Assembly (NCBI RefSeq): GCF_026571515.1
Contig: NW_026864517.1
Location: 434,001-492,411, forward strand
Direction: 5' to 3'
DNA from: Ruditapes philippinarum
Taxonomy: Eukaryota
DNA length: 58,411 nt
The notes under the pieces were generated by a model. It did no database searches. It worked only from the letters and a program-made list of their open reading frames with translations, and was not told the origin of the DNA. This document shows positions 37,388 through 51,467 of this stretch, piece by piece. Numbering within the stretch: position 1 is the stretch's first letter; every line of letters begins with the position of its first letter. The position numbers and the translations under genes were made by a program.

Positions 37388-40300
37388 TTATTTCAAATCT
37401 AACAGTCTCCAGTTTTCCCACATGTGTTTGTATTGATACGTTAATCTATGTGTCCGCCGCATATGTTCCTGGAGTGTACAGTACCGTCTTAAATAATCTT
37501 CCCTGTCTATAATAAAATAAGCCAAGGTGTGTATCTCGAGCTGAATATTTTTGAAATATTTCACCATTCCAGTTTCTAGAAGATTTTCTAGAACATCAAG
37601 TTCGCAGCCTTCACAGTCCATAGAAAGTAGATCTACACTGTATATTCCTACGCCAAGATTTTGGAAAAATTCTGTAGAATTAATGACACTTACATTTATT
37701 TTCTTCTGACCAAAATCATTCGAATAGATGTTAGAACCTTCACCTTTCAATTCAATAGCAATCGTTTCCGTTTTCAGTCCGAGTCCGAAATTTAGAACAG
37801 TGACCCTGCAGATATAAATTACAGACATAAGATATCGATTCGCTTTTCTTAGTGTTTTCCATTAATTTGTTTCATTGTGCATATGGAAAACATATTTTTA
37901 AGTTTAATTCTGTCATTAGCTAAATTAGATGTGTTGACATAAGAAAAAAAACACATATAGATTGGTCTGGAAACGAGACGTTTTCACAAAACAAAGACGC
38001 CTCGGCTAGGTCACGCGATTCGGTTATCTACGTGTATTTATAGCCATACAAAAAATCAAATTTTGAGATAATTTGTTGATAAGTCCAAAGAGTTATTGTT
38101 AAGTTATCCTTAGTACATTGACAACAATTACAAATGTACAATGAAATTAGTGTTTTTCTAGTTCCCGGTCTCGAGGTAAAAATGTACTTCACACGTTTTG
38201 AAAAAGGTCGAGTTTCGTAAGCTTTTTATTTATTCATTGTTTTTGTGACAAAAAATGAAATAAGTGTCACATGTTAAGATTTTTTTATCTTTCGTTCTGT
38301 TTTTTAGAAATATTTGATGTTGAATTTAATGCATCTTAAAATGCAGCCCTTCCGCGATATATTTTAAGCATTGAATCTTCATATTGCAATGTATGCACTG
38401 TATTTTATGTTACAAAATAATATATCTTACTAATGGGGAATCATATAGGACTTTTCAAGATCATTCTATCTGAAAGATCGTGGTTTAGGTACTTACCGCG
38501 TCTGCACAATATAAGTAATGGAAATAGCATCGACATTTCTTAATTTTTATTTGAATAAAAGTAACGGAAAATGAACCCACCACTTTTTTGATAAATAGTG
38601 GCATTGCCAAATTTTGACAAATATTGGTAACAGAAAGTGATTTTGTTAATAACAAGTGACCGATAATTCAAAATTCATGGGTATATGTCATGATGGAGAT
38701 GTTTAAAGGAACTCCACTGAGGTTCAAATGCCTAAAATCATAAAAAAAATTTTTTTACACAGATCAGCTTGGACACGTAAAACAGGAAGACTTGCAAACA
38801 AATAATTAAGAAATTTACTCAGAAATGAATTGAAAAGCGTATTTTTGTGACATTTTTTATGATTTGAGTGAAAAGCGTTTAAACGCTTTTCAATTTTGGG
38901 TCATTTTCAGTACTTGAATAAATATCCTGGATCAAAGCAATAAGAGCAAATGATTCTAAAACTGTTGCACAGCACAAGTTACTTATTAGACCTACACTCA
39001 AACTGAGGCATTAATGCTCAGAAAGAATATTTCCAGTCTGCGTCAGTTCAAAAAAAATCTGAGTGGGAGTCCCTTTAAGTGTCAATTTACTGTTTTAACT
39101 TTACAATGAATTTCAATTTTTGAACCTCCTTTTGGAGAGTCACAGTACAAACACAATCACCAAAATTTTAGTCGCTGGTAAGATATTGTTCGCTTCCTGC
39201 CAACAAACAGTAAACAATTACATTCACATAGAAATCTGAAAAAGTCTGTTTTATTAAAACAATTCACAAAGGTATGAATAAGACATTGATTGTAAATGAC
39301 TCTTGCTGCTTCTTTATCAATAAAGTAACGGAAAGTTACCTAACCGCTGCTTGGTAAATACTGACAGCTGTTGCTGATTTTATGCTGGTTTAGCTTAGAT
39401 ATGTGACTTAACAGTTTACCTTGGATTGTCTTTAAATTTCTCTTGTAAAAGTGTAGCATAGTACGGTATCGGCTCCACTATCAGATGTCGTGGGTTGTAG
39501 ACGGCGGTAAACAAGGAAGCATCTGACCCAAAGTTTCCTGGTTTTATATAATGGTGAAGTGAATAATTGACATTTTATAACACTCATCAACAGTTCGTAT
39601 ACTTTTCAATAGCAAACAACATAGTATTCACTTTTATTAGAATGCATTTTATGATTGATATTTTCTTTTGAATAAACAGTATGCTGGCCATTGTTTCAAA
39701 CAATAGAACACGCACTGATAGATTATAGAATAACGGTGGTACAAAGAAATAGTAGGAAAAGTTTATTTGTCACGTGTGCTCTGATAAACTGCCATGAGCC
39801 TCACTCAAATTATAACGTGCAGATGTATTAACTGCCAAAGGCACACGTGTCAAATATTTCGTGTGCACGTATAACTGGATGTATTTCAATTAATCTATCA
39901 GAGTTTGGGCATTATGGATAGGCTAATCCTAACCTTGCCTAACAATGTGCCGAATAATAGTTTCCGATCTCCCTTCTGTACCACCGAAACAAAAAAACCT
40001 TACACAATTATAATAAATTGTGAAGATAACATATCTTTTGATTCTTCAAATGCACAAATAATATACATGTACAGCTAAATAATTATGAAGCTCACACTTT
40101 ATTCTCATTTTTTGTTCAAGCAACATTTCATGAAATTATCCAAATGAGAGAAGTTCTATTGTTTTTATCACTATTTGAAATAATTATGAAAATGTGCCCA
40201 TTGCCGTAAAGATACAAATCAAAATACGTTTATGAATGAAATACCTTACCTCCAACCTCAATAAGTATCGTATTATTTTCTTTGAGATAATCATGATGAT

Positions 40301-40628
40301 TGATGCAGACATATCTGTCCTTAGCAAGTTCTCGGCGCTTTTATCCAGTCGACATATTGCCGACAATGAGAAATCCTATTAATTGATCATAGCTTAAAGA
40401 ATGGTTGAACAAGGCTTTTCCTCCAACAACAGGAGATGGATGTCCGTCCAGGAAAAGTTGTAAATGTTTATTATAAACCACTTTCTTTTGTTCGCCATCT
40501 GTAAAGAATTGTCTAATATCCGACCTGTTTTCTTTTAAATTCTGATTTTGAGTACTGTTATACAAATAAATTATCAAAACAACTATCACACAAGCCGTCA
40601 GTATCCTTACGCCATTTAGCGTTTTCAT
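37388..40628 (-). CDS. FkbM-like methyltransferase copy B: join(40250-40628,39420-39537,37388-37805); three 1-nt losses in exon 1
   Basis: Exons 2 and 3 are open with conserved splice sites. Exon 1 differs from copy A by a 6-nt deletion and three homopolymer contractions at ~40322-40385, which may be sequencing errors. Confidence 0.78.
38707..39074. mobile_element. Kolobok-like TTAA MITE (duplicate of 31960-32314)
   Basis: Same termini and TTAA flanks. Confidence 0.8.
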
Positions 40629-41869
40629 TATTAATTAACAACGTTAAATATTTTCACGTAAAATCAAACTTTCCTAAATGCACACATATATATTTATTGG
40701 CGTATTTGCCAGAGGCATTCATCAGTTCAGTTTGTATATCAAAACCACATGGTATATTTGTTTTAATATCATATATGTTTTAAGAAATGTAACATATATG
40801 TTTATCTGTTCAATTTAAAAGAAATTTGTGTTACGGTGGATTATTGTGATTACATGTACTGTATTTTGTCGTGGTTTAAAACCTTGTTTTATTTCCGAGT
40901 TTCATCGTGGTGACCGTGGTTTATCTATAATAATAACGTGGTTCATCGTGCATATCGTGGTTTATCATGGTAACGGTTATTTAGATCATTTACCGTAGTT
41001 TCTACCGTCGTTTTTCGTGATTAACGCGTTTTTAATTGTACATGTAGTTTATCTCTGTCACTGTTGTTGTGCTTTTATATATGGTTATTATTGTGTTGAT
41101 AGTTTTATCATAGTTATCGTTGATTTATACCGTTATTTATATCGTGACTGTTGTGGTTTGTAGTTGATTCCCTGTTACCGTCCTCGTTGCCTTTGCTTTT
41201 TGTTGTTACCGTGGTTTATCGTGGTTACTATGGTATATCGCGATTATCGTGGTTAAAACGATTAATTACCGTTTTGATCGTAGTTGATGTGGTTTATCGT
41301 CGTTAGCCTGGTCTATCGTGATATTTTCATTCTACAAACATTGTTTGTAAGGTCTACAAACATTGTTTGTAAGGAAACCAATCAGACACTAGTACCCATT
41401 ATAATACGCGCACATTACAGCATTAAAGGGGCTAAACTCATAACAGCTGGAAAAATGTAATGATGCAGTTATCATTCTTATAAAGCTTCTGTCGTGCTGT
41501 ACATGTATATACTACGTGTTTTGTCAAATATTGACATATTTCTGATCTTTACCGGAAAACTTGTTCCGATTGTGGAACAAAATTAATGATGACCGTGGCA
41601 AGAAAAGTACGAATTTTGACTATACAGTCATAAAGATTTCTTCAGAAATTATATCATTGTCGAAAGTAGCAAATTCGTATTATCTGGCTGTATACTCCTG
41701 ACATATGCGATTATCTTTCATTTTAAGATCTTTTACATACACTAATCACTGGAAAATGAATGGATGGGCCTCAACTATGACGCGATCTTTAGACAATTTT
41801 CTTTTCATGTAAAATATAAATCCACTCGCCCAGAATTGAATGTAAATCTGCGGCTTTAAACAACGCTCT

Positions 41870-42465
41870 AAATTAGGAGATAAAAATCTCGTTGTTGTAT
41901 TATACAATTCATTAGGAGATAATCAATCACGTTGTTGTATTATACAATAACTTAGGAGATAAAAAAAATCACGTTGTTGTATTATACAACAAATTAGGAG
42001 ATAAAAATCTCGTTGTTGTATTATACAATAAATTAGCAGATAAAAAAATCACGTTGTTGTATTATACAATAACTTAGGAGATAAAAAAAAATATCGTTGT
42101 TTTATTATACAATAAAGTAGGAGATAAAAATCACGCTGTTGTATTATATAATAAATAAGGAGATAAAATCAAGTTGTTGTATTAAATACTTAATTAGGAG
42201 ATTTTGTTTGTTTGATTTTACGCATAGGAGGATAGTTTCCTAACCATCGTTCCTGGAGAGTTACACCAATACTAGACTACCTTCCTCCGCGCTAAACTAC
42301 CAAAGCATCTCCCGGGGATCGAACCCGCGCCAGAGAGGTAACTGGATTAGAAGTCATCGACTCTAACCCATCGACCACGGACGCGGTCTTAATTAGGAGA
42401 TAAAAAATCACGATGTTGTATTATATAATCAATTAAGAGATAAAAATTTCGTTTTTGTATTATAC
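41870..42465. repeat. ~38-40-bp minisatellite, paralogous to 21580-21880, interrupted by a SINE
   Basis: Direct reading. Confidence 0.9.
42203..42387 (-). mobile_element. tRNA-derived SINE (family 2) with 14-bp TSD
   Basis: TSD CTTAATTAGGAGAT at 42189-42202 and 42388-42401. Minus-strand B-box GGGTTCGATCCCC. Highly similar to 14531-14732. Confidence 0.9.
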
Positions 42466-44620
42466 AGATCTAATACGTATAATAGTAATACCTTTGTCCT
42501 TCAAATAGAATCTAGACCTTTGTAATAATAACGACATGTTTCTACATTTATATCATAATATGAATTTGATTTATCCACTTTATTTACGATATACAAGTAT
42601 ATCAACGGTAACAGACTAACAGAACTTTATTTTTCCAACTATAAGACTCAATGTTTACACATTAAATTTTCCCGTATACCCGTATAATAATTCAATATTT
42701 CAATATAAATGTAGGTTATTTTTGTACTCCTTAAGTATGTCTTCTTGTATTCATAATGTTTCTTTTTCTTAAAATAGATTTGCGTTTGTCAGTTTGTTTT
42801 CTTCTTATATTTTTATCACTTCGTACGTTTATAATAGCCGATCTCGTAAATAAACGTAAATGTTGCTTTTTTATCCAAAACTTCAAACAGTACGTATTTC
42901 AACAACATATAAGTTGCATCAGTTGTCATTTTCTAGTAATTTATTTTAATGCTCTTAAAATTTTATACATATATATCAATATTTGTGTTGTTGTTTATTT
43001 CTTTGTTTTTTGTTATGTATAGAGTCGCTGGCAAGTTTTTATTTTGTTGTCTGCTGTGAAGAGTACAATTGTTCAATGTTTCGTTGGAGCACATTTTTAG
43101 AGTTAATGTACTTTATGCTTTTAAAGGGATACTCAGGCCAATTAATCACAAAAATATTAAAATGATCTTATGTACTCAAATCACGCTAAAATGATATTTT
43201 TTATAGTCCCAGCATAAATTTCGGTATATATTCTATATTTTGTGTTTTAAATCTTAAATATATCAAAATGCTAAACGAAATTTAGACGCCGACAGAACCA
43301 CCGAGTAGTTTTAAAACAAGTAATGTGTCCTGAACATACCCTGGAAGTTACAATAACATATATTGTGGATATTGTATGATTGAAACAATTTGGCCTCTAA
43401 GTAGTTACTCTTTGTATTTTCCGTAACACTGGAATTAAAAAAAAATAACGCAGGAATTGTACAATAAAAACGCCTCGAATCTGTGCAACGTATGACCATT
43501 AAATGTAAACAAACCAAAATAGTATATCAAATTGCGCCACATATAGCTCTGAACATATTTTTCATCATTATCATTGCACTATTCGTCGACATCTTACTAT
43601 AACTGCAACGATTAAAGCTCCAAACAAAAGGCTACCGTATACGCCAAGATGCTCCATTTTGATGAATAAAGCTCCCAAAGTATACGCATGCAATAGATAT
43701 TTTTGCCATTAATTTCGTTTCTGTTTTTTAAATACAGAGGCTTTGTTTTTTAACATAGTACAAAGGCTTTGTTTTTGTAACATTAATTCATCATCATCAT
43801 CACCACCATTATCATCATCATCACCACCACTATCATCATCATCAAAATGATCAGAACATCGTCAATGTCAACATCATAATCATCATTATCAGTGCGTTAT
43901 AATTATCCGTACATCAGCATCATTATCTATACATCACTGTCATCATTTAGATCATCATCAACAACAACATCACCATCAATATTTTTTTATATTTGTTTGA
44001 GTTTTACGTCGCACCAACACAGTACGTATAGGTCATATGGCGACTTTCTAGCTTTCTTGAGGGAGGAAGATCTCAGGTGCCCTTCTATATATGCATTATT
44101 TCATGCGGACACCTGAGTAGAATTACCAACGTTCCTTAAGCTATCTGGAAATCTCTCTCATAATAACATTGTCACCATCAAAAGCATCATAATAAGCAGT
44201 ACTCTTCATCATCAGCTAAATATGACCCTCGATAACATTATCAATATATCATCGCCATCATTATCATCATCACCAGAAAATTATTACCACCATCAACACC
44301 ACCACCACCATCATCAACAACAACAACAGTATATCGTCCACAGACACACGCACATACTGTAAGTATATATTTGACATTTTTAATTTTCAGATACAATTTT
44401 GCTATATAAGTATTTTATTCCATACAGTATTGATACATTGCAATGCGTATTTTACAGTTACTGACTACACAACAACACTCGATTCTTCGTCAAGATATCA
44501 ACCTTATTCAACTATTTACACAGTGTATTTACATTTCTTATAGTCATTATAGATACCTTTCTTTTTTGTCCTGACATATATAAATATACAAATCTCACCA
44601 ATGTTCAAAGGCTACCTCTA

Positions 44621-45751
44621 CTATTTGTTAGGCTTCGACATGTACACCTGTGCAATAATACCGATCTTTCCGTTGAGAATGTAACCATTGCCAACTTGCT
44701 CAATACTTTCTGTTCCTAAAATTTCAAATGACCGATTTTGTGCATATAACGGAAAACTTCCGTTGTAAACAATCATATGATTTTTTCCACTTGGTTGTCT
44801 GTTTACTAATATGCACAGCACACTTAAACCACAGATGGCTCTATTTTTACTAATGTTTTCGACTTTTAAGTAAAGACTACTATTCTTATTCATAATATTA
44901 ATCTTCAGAGGTACCTCCCAAATATTAATATCAACTCCTTCACTTTCTTCCCTGTCACCAGGAATAACATCAATTATAACTATGGTTTTGTCATCCCATC
45001 TCTTTTCAGGATCTAACTTCAAATCCTTCTTTCTGTTACGTATTTCTGATGATATGTACTGCTTGAATAAAACATTTTCTTCCGCAACCTGTTCTAGCTC
45101 AGCTAACCTTTTCTTCATTGATGTATTAACATTTACAAAAATCTCATTTAACGCATTTGCCGAAGGGAACGACTTACAGTAATTTTCATCCAATGCATCA
45201 CATGGTTTAGATGATATAAGAACTATGCATCTAGCACGCAGAGCTTTAAGATCATACAAACATGCTTCCTTCAATAACTGTAACAATTCATTCGTCGTCG
45301 TTTGTTCAGTGACTGTCTCTAACAGCACTAGTTCACACCTTGGTTTTAGCTGTAGGACCTGGTACTCTTCTAACAAAGGAAGAATGATCCTAGCATTGTC
45401 GCGATTAATTTGGGTGTATGTGTTCGGGTAAATACATCGAAGGAATTCTAAGACGTCCCTTAGTTTCTTCCCAGGCAATTCTAGCTCGTCACTTGACTTT
45501 TCTTTGAAGTCGGATTGGAACATCGTATCAAATACTGGCGAGGCAAGTGAAAGAATCAACTTTGCAACGTAAAGCTTTGTTCCTTCAACAAGAAGACACA
45601 TATCAGTTTTCGAAGATTTTTCAGTGAAACCGAAAGTAAGCAAATTAACTTCGGCTAATGCCATTGTTTCACTTTCTTTGTCGGCAACAATATTTTCAAC
45701 CTCTGCAGCTTCTGATTCGTCTTCAATTCTGACGTTTTCACCTGCCTCCAT
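44621..45751 (-). CDS. BTB/POZ + helical/coiled-coil + MATH(TRAF)-like protein, copy 7, intact 376 aa; putative Cullin-3 substrate adaptor (BATH-like)
   Basis: Uninterrupted ORF. BTB signature DMCLLVEGTKLYVAKLILSLASPVFDTMFQSDFKEK..LPGKK..LEFLRCIYP. MATH-like ending LVNRQ...GNGYILNGKIGIIAQVY. The MATH call is by pattern only. Confidence 0.92.
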   Translation of the reverse strand: MEAGENVRIEDESEAAEVENIVADKESETMALAEVNLLTFGFTEKSSKTDMCLLVEGTKLYVAKLILSLASPVFDTMFQSDFKEKSSDELELPGKKLRDVLEFLRCIYPNTYTQINRDNARIILPLLEEYQVLQLKPRCELVLLETVTEQTTTNELLQLLKEACLYDLKALRARCIVLISSKPCDALDENYCKSFPSANALNEIFVNVNTSMKKRLAELEQVAEENVLFKQYISSEIRNRKKDLKLDPEKRWDDKTIVIIDVIPGDREESEGVDINIWEVPLKINIMNKNSSLYLKVENISKNRAICGLSVLCILVNRQPSGKNHMIVYNGSFPLYAQNRSFEILGTESIEQVGNGYILNGKIGIIAQVYMSKPNK

Positions 45752-45799
45752 GCTAAGTGTAGTTTAGATCAAGTTAATAAATGTATCCACTAGAGTGAA

Positions 45800-45838
45800 C
45801 TAATAGTGGCGGTTACAAATCAAAGGGAGAGAACCGGA
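45800..45838 (-). promoter_or_regulatory. Conserved upstream block CCGGTT(T/C)TCTCCCTTTGATTTGTAACCGCCA(C/T)T..AG, present at all nine BTB copies
   Basis: Also at ~1071-1105, 5103-5143, 14448-14490, 25328-25370, 29823-29866, 36616-36659, 51530-51573 and 55226-55268, while adjacent sequence diverges. Confidence 0.7.
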
Positions 45839-47329
45839 TATTTTGAATATCAGTAACGTATATGTTTTGGGTAGGTTTTAACCTTTTGATTAGAGTTTCC
45901 ATACTTCATGCAGCCATTATAATTTCATTTCAACCTTATTTTCAACTATTTAGCACAGTTTAGGCCTTTTGATCAGTATTCTCAGTCTAACTGTTGCACG
46001 AAGATTCATTCTTGTTTTTTAGATCCCGAAAATGCATCAATCCAATTAAGGAAATGATTGAAAGTGTCTTCGGTCGAATTTTAATTGATACAATAATAAT
46101 ATCACAATTTATCATACAAAAAACATGCTTGTGTAAAATAGTTTTTGAAATCAGTACATTGTCCCCCACGGAATTTTTAACTTTATTATCAGTTATTCGA
46201 AATGATTAAGTTACTGTTTATATAAATTCTGACTGTGTTTGAAGAGAATATACCAGAAATAACATCATTTTCAAAACGAGTTTTGACTTATGAATAGTCA
46301 AGAAACATTGTATCAATTCTGTGTGAAAATATTCCAAATATTTAATATAGAAATACATGTAACTACACAATTTCTTTCAATAAAGAGGCATACTTTATAA
46401 TAGTGAAACATTTCTAACAATTGTAACATATTGCGAGGGATAATATAGATATCTCAACGTTACAGATGTTACTGATTATGCTTCAAATATTTTCTGACAC
46501 ATTGTTTACTTAGGTAATGTCTTGACATTCAAAAACGAAATGATATTCATCCCGCTAGGCCCTATTCGGTCCTCATATGGATTTTTTTATTTGGACAGCC
46601 CAATCCACCAGTTCCGTCTGCTGATCTATGCCATCATGATTATGTAACTCTGATCTTTTTATGTTTCAGACTGTTAGGTAGTTACTGAAAGTGCAATTTT
46701 AAATGATTGTTTTTAAAATATAACGTAATTCTTTTGAATCATTTAATAGATGTACTTAAATCTTGCAAATAACTGTCCCTCAGACGTTCTTAAACAATAC
46801 TTAACGACTTAATTTTGACTTTACGGCTGAACCTTCCTTAATTTTTAATTGAGCTGCTAAACTATATCTTCAAATGTCTAGCTGATGTCAATATGGTAGT
46901 AAAATTAATTTTCTCTTGCAACACTATTTGTAATCGTACTTTTGACAAACATGATTGTAGTAACTATTATTTCGCCAAAAATATGACAATACTTATTTAA
47001 GATGATGCCCCATACATTTTCATCCAATGAAATGATTTAGATTCGCTTCAATAAAATCACCTACTTTACATCAAATGTCTACTATTTTTTGCAGATAAAA
47101 TGTGTATCTTTAGCGGCAGATTTATGGAAAATAGAAATAAAAGCTTCCAAATATAAAACTATTTTTGCATTTTATAATATTGCATAATTACAATAATTAT
47201 AATGTTACACAATGCATGAAAAAAAATGGTGTAGTCTCAAAAAATGAAATTGAAAGATTTTCTAAACTTTTGTTAATATTCATGTCAGTTTAAGTATACT
47301 TATATATATATAGCTAGTGTCCCACAGGT

Positions 47330-47413
47330 ACATATCAATACTTAATCCACACATATCAATACTTAATCCACACATATCAATACTTAATCCACACATATCA
47401 ATACTTAATCCAC
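47330..47413. repeat. Perfect 21-bp tandem repeat x4 (ACATATCAATACTTAATCCAC)
   Basis: Direct reading. Confidence 0.95.
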
Positions 47414-50340
47414 ATTTCATACATCTCACCATTATATATAAATATTTATTTCAGAATAATATATATTGTTTATATAGATCTTAGGTAAATCTCAGTTTGA
47501 GAAGGTAAGAGATTATAAATGAGATAAAATTGACAAAATTTAGGCCAATTATAAACATATCAATCCTTTAAATTAAATGTATTAAAGGCTATTAAAGCTT
47601 AAGATCATTACCTTTAACTAAAACAACCATAAGTTAAGATAAAAAATAACGAATTGGTATAATTCCCCCCCCCCCCCTCCTCCCAAAAAATAAAAATAAA
47701 ACTGACTGAATTTTGTTTAATTAGCATTTCAATGTTTCATAGTTCATTACCAGATTATAATAAAATAGAATCATATTAAATATCAATTAATTTTGTTTAT
47801 TTATGCAAGTTATAATTTTTTATATTTACTTATTCTAACAATTAAGTTTTAAAGTACAAAATCAGTAAAATTAATGACTTTGAAAAATTTGAATGTTGTT
47901 TGAAACCTATTTGAAATGTATCAGGAGCAGAACGAGCTAATTCATTAATTCTAACCCTATTTCCGAGGTGTCACGATGTAATAAACAAATAAAGCTAGGC
48001 CTTTTGTAGATATATTCCGAGAAAACTGGCTTGAGTAAATAAACTGATAGAAATGTTATCAAAATAAATGAAACAACTTGGCTTCTAAGTAATTACTCCG
48101 TGTATTTTCCGTAACACTGGAATTTGAAAAAAAAAACAGGAATAGTACAATAAAAACTCCGAATATGTGCGACGTATGACCATTAAATGTAAACAAACCA
48201 AATAAGTATTATATCAAATTGCGCCGCATATAGCTCTCAACAAATATTTCATCATTATCATTGCACTATTCATCGACATCTTACTAAAATTGCAACGATT
48301 AAAGCTCCAAACAAAAGGGAACTGAATATCCCAAGATGCTCCATTTTGATGAATAAAGCTCCCAAAGTATACGCATGCAATTAATATTTTTGCCATTATT
48401 TTCGTTTCTGTTTTTTCAAATACAAAGGCTTTGTTTTTTTAACATAGCGCAAAGTCTTTTTTGTAACATTTATTCATTATCATCATCATCAAAATGAGCA
48501 GAACATCGTCAATGTCAACATCATAATCATCATTATCAGTGCGTTATAATTATCCGTACATCAACATCATCATCTATACATCACTATCAACAACCAAAAT
48601 CATCATCATCAACAACATCACCATCATCATTATTTTTTTTATCTGGTTGGGTTTTACGTCGCACCAACACAGTTCCTATAGCGACTTTCCAGCTTTATTG
48701 AGGGAGGAAGATTTCAGGTGCCCTTCCATGCTTTATTTCATGCGGACACCCGAGTAGAGCCACCAACGTTCCGTAAGCTAGCTGGGAAGCTCCCTCATAA
48801 TAACATTGTCATCATCAAAATCATCATAATAAGCAGTATTCTTCGTCATTACATCGTCCTGTTCAGCTTCATCAACATCAGTGCATCTACATTATTAATC
48901 ATCACCAGTACATGGTAACCATTATAATCATTATCATCATCATTATCACCACCACCAGAAACATAATTAACATCATCATTATCAACAGTAAAAAATTCTG
49001 GAAACAAAGTGATCCCTCGGAAGCATTAATCACAACAAAATAACATAAGAATTGCAGACTCGGTTTGATTGAGTCTGTACATGAAGAATAATGTATAAGC
49101 GCAACATCCCTCACGCCCCCTAGCACCGGCCTGAGCGGTACTCAATTCTCAACACTTTATAGTAAAACATCCATATCATCATCATCAGATCATCATCGCA
49201 ATTATCACATCATTATTATCGGTACCATCATTGTTGTTATGATAATTAAATCATCATCATCAACTACAACATTTCATCATCACCATAATCAATTCGAAAT
49301 ATTCACAATAAAGGGGTTATACATGTATATGAGCAAGTCAAGTTAATCACTTTTTAAATGATATTTTTCGATGTTAAAGCTCAAAAATATATTAATTGAA
49401 ATAAATGAACATGTATACAAACATGTATGTCTCATTTAAAACAACAACAACAACAACAACAACAACTTAAAACAACAGTATGACGAGTATCGGACTTCGT
49501 GTAATAAAGCAATAACAATTATTTTTTATGGAAGTGACAATTTTTAAATGTATATTACTTTATTCTTGTAAGATTATTTGGCTGACATACTTTTCCTGAA
49601 AAAAAACCTTCATTTACTTTTTTGAGGCCCCATATTGGGTAACCTTATTTATTTGCTCCGTCACATAACCACGTTGGGTCAAAGCACATAAAACGGTGGT
49701 TTTACAGACAGTTCGTTAGACGATATTTATAAATGCAAAGAAAAGGTATACCCAAATGAAAGGCACATACATAGAGAAAAGGGAAAAAAACAAAGAAAAG
49801 ATGCAAAACCACCCACATGTACACAAGCATGCACACACACAAGCACACACACACACATACTCGTACATGTTTATATTTAACATTAAAATTGTATAATTTT
49901 CAGATTTTCAGATACAATTTTGCTTAAATTTGACAGGTATTTTATTCCATACATAGTATTGATACATTGCAATACAGCAAACGACTTCAATATTTCCATC
50001 ATCTTTGCTTGACGAACGTGTCAATCAAGAAAAATCAGAAAGTTGCATATAAATTGATAGTACCGTTGTTCTTTGTAAACAATATTCAAAACAAACAAAT
50101 ATTATAATGATAATGATATATAAATAAGGTAACAGTGTTTATGTAATTGTAAATGATTACCAAAATGTTTATTCAGTATTTTACATTACACAACAACACT
50201 TGATTGATTCTTGATCAAAACATCACTCTAATTTAACAATATTTACATGTAGTGTATTTACATTTCTTACAGTCATTATAGACACATTTCTTTATTATTC
50301 CTGATATATAATTCTCACCAATTTTCAAAGGCTACCTCTA

Positions 50341-51467
50341 CTATTTGTTAGGCTTCGACATGAACACCTGTGCAATAATACCGATCTTTCCGTTGAAAAT
50401 GTAACCATTGCCAACTTGCTGAATAGTATATGTTCCTAAAATTTCAAATGTTTTATATTGTGAATATGACCTAAAACTTTTTTTAACAATCACATGATTT
50501 TGTCCATTTGGTTGTCTATTTACTAGTATGCAGATCACAATTATATCACTCTCGGTCATATTTTTACTAATGTTTTCTACTTTAAAGAAAAGCTTATTTC
50601 CTTCTATCATTATGCTTGTCTTCAGAGGAACCTCCCACATATTAATATCAACTCCTTCACTTTCTTTGTTGTCTTTAGGAATAACATCAATAATAACTAT
50701 GGTCTTGTCATCCCATTTCTTTTCAGGACTTTACTCCAAATCCTTCTATCCGTTACGTATTTCGGATGATATGTACTGCTTAAACAATAGATGTTCTTCA
50801 GCAACATGTTCAAACTCTGCTAACTTTTTCTTCATTGATGTATTAACATGTACAAATATCTCATTTAATGCACTTGCCGAAGGGAAAGACTTACAGTAGC
50901 TTTCGTCTAATGCATCACATGGTCTAGATGATATAAGAAATATGCATCTTTCACGTAAAGCTTTAAGATCATACAAACATGCTTCCTTCAACAACTGTAA
51001 CACCTCATCCGTCGACGTTTCTTCTGTGACAGTCTCAAGTATAACTTCTTCACATCTTGGTTTTAGCTGTAGGACCTGGTACCCTTCTAACAAAGGAAGA
51101 ATGACCCTAGCGTTGTCGCGATCAATTTGGGTGTATGTGTTCGGGTAAATACATCGAAGGAATTCTAAGACGTCCCTTAGTTTCTTCCCTGGCAATTCTA
51201 GCTCGTCACTTGACTTTTCCTTGAAGTCGGATTGGAACATTGCATCAAATACTGGCGAGCCAGTGAAAGAATCACCTTTGCGACGTACAGCTTTGTTCCT
51301 TCCACAACAAGACAAAGATCAGTTCTCCAGGTTTTTTCAGTGAAACCGAAAGTAGGCGAATTAACCTCGGCTAAAGCCACACTTACACTATCTTCATCGG
51401 TAACGATATTTTCATCTTGTGCATCTTCTGATTTGTCTGCAATTCTGACGTTTTCAACTGCCTCCAT
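50341..51467 (-). pseudogene. BTB-MATH copy 8
   Basis: 1-nt deletion at ~51260. In-frame TAG at 50746-50748 and TAA at 50731-50733. Confidence 0.9.

Larger units (their letters stand above)
26098..39670. repeat. ~6.8-kb near-identical tandem duplication (26098-32915 / 32916-39670)
   Basis: TTGTCATTCAAAAACGAAATAAAATTTATCCC starts both units. Differences are almost all 1-3 nt indels. Confidence 0.95.

Noticed and set aside
36571-39420. In-frame MTase-BTB fusion by splicing MT exon 1 or 2 to the AG upstream of the BTB ATG
   Set aside because: In copy 6 the 50 nt between that AG and the ATG are out of phase with exon 2 and contain in-frame TGA codons for exon 1.
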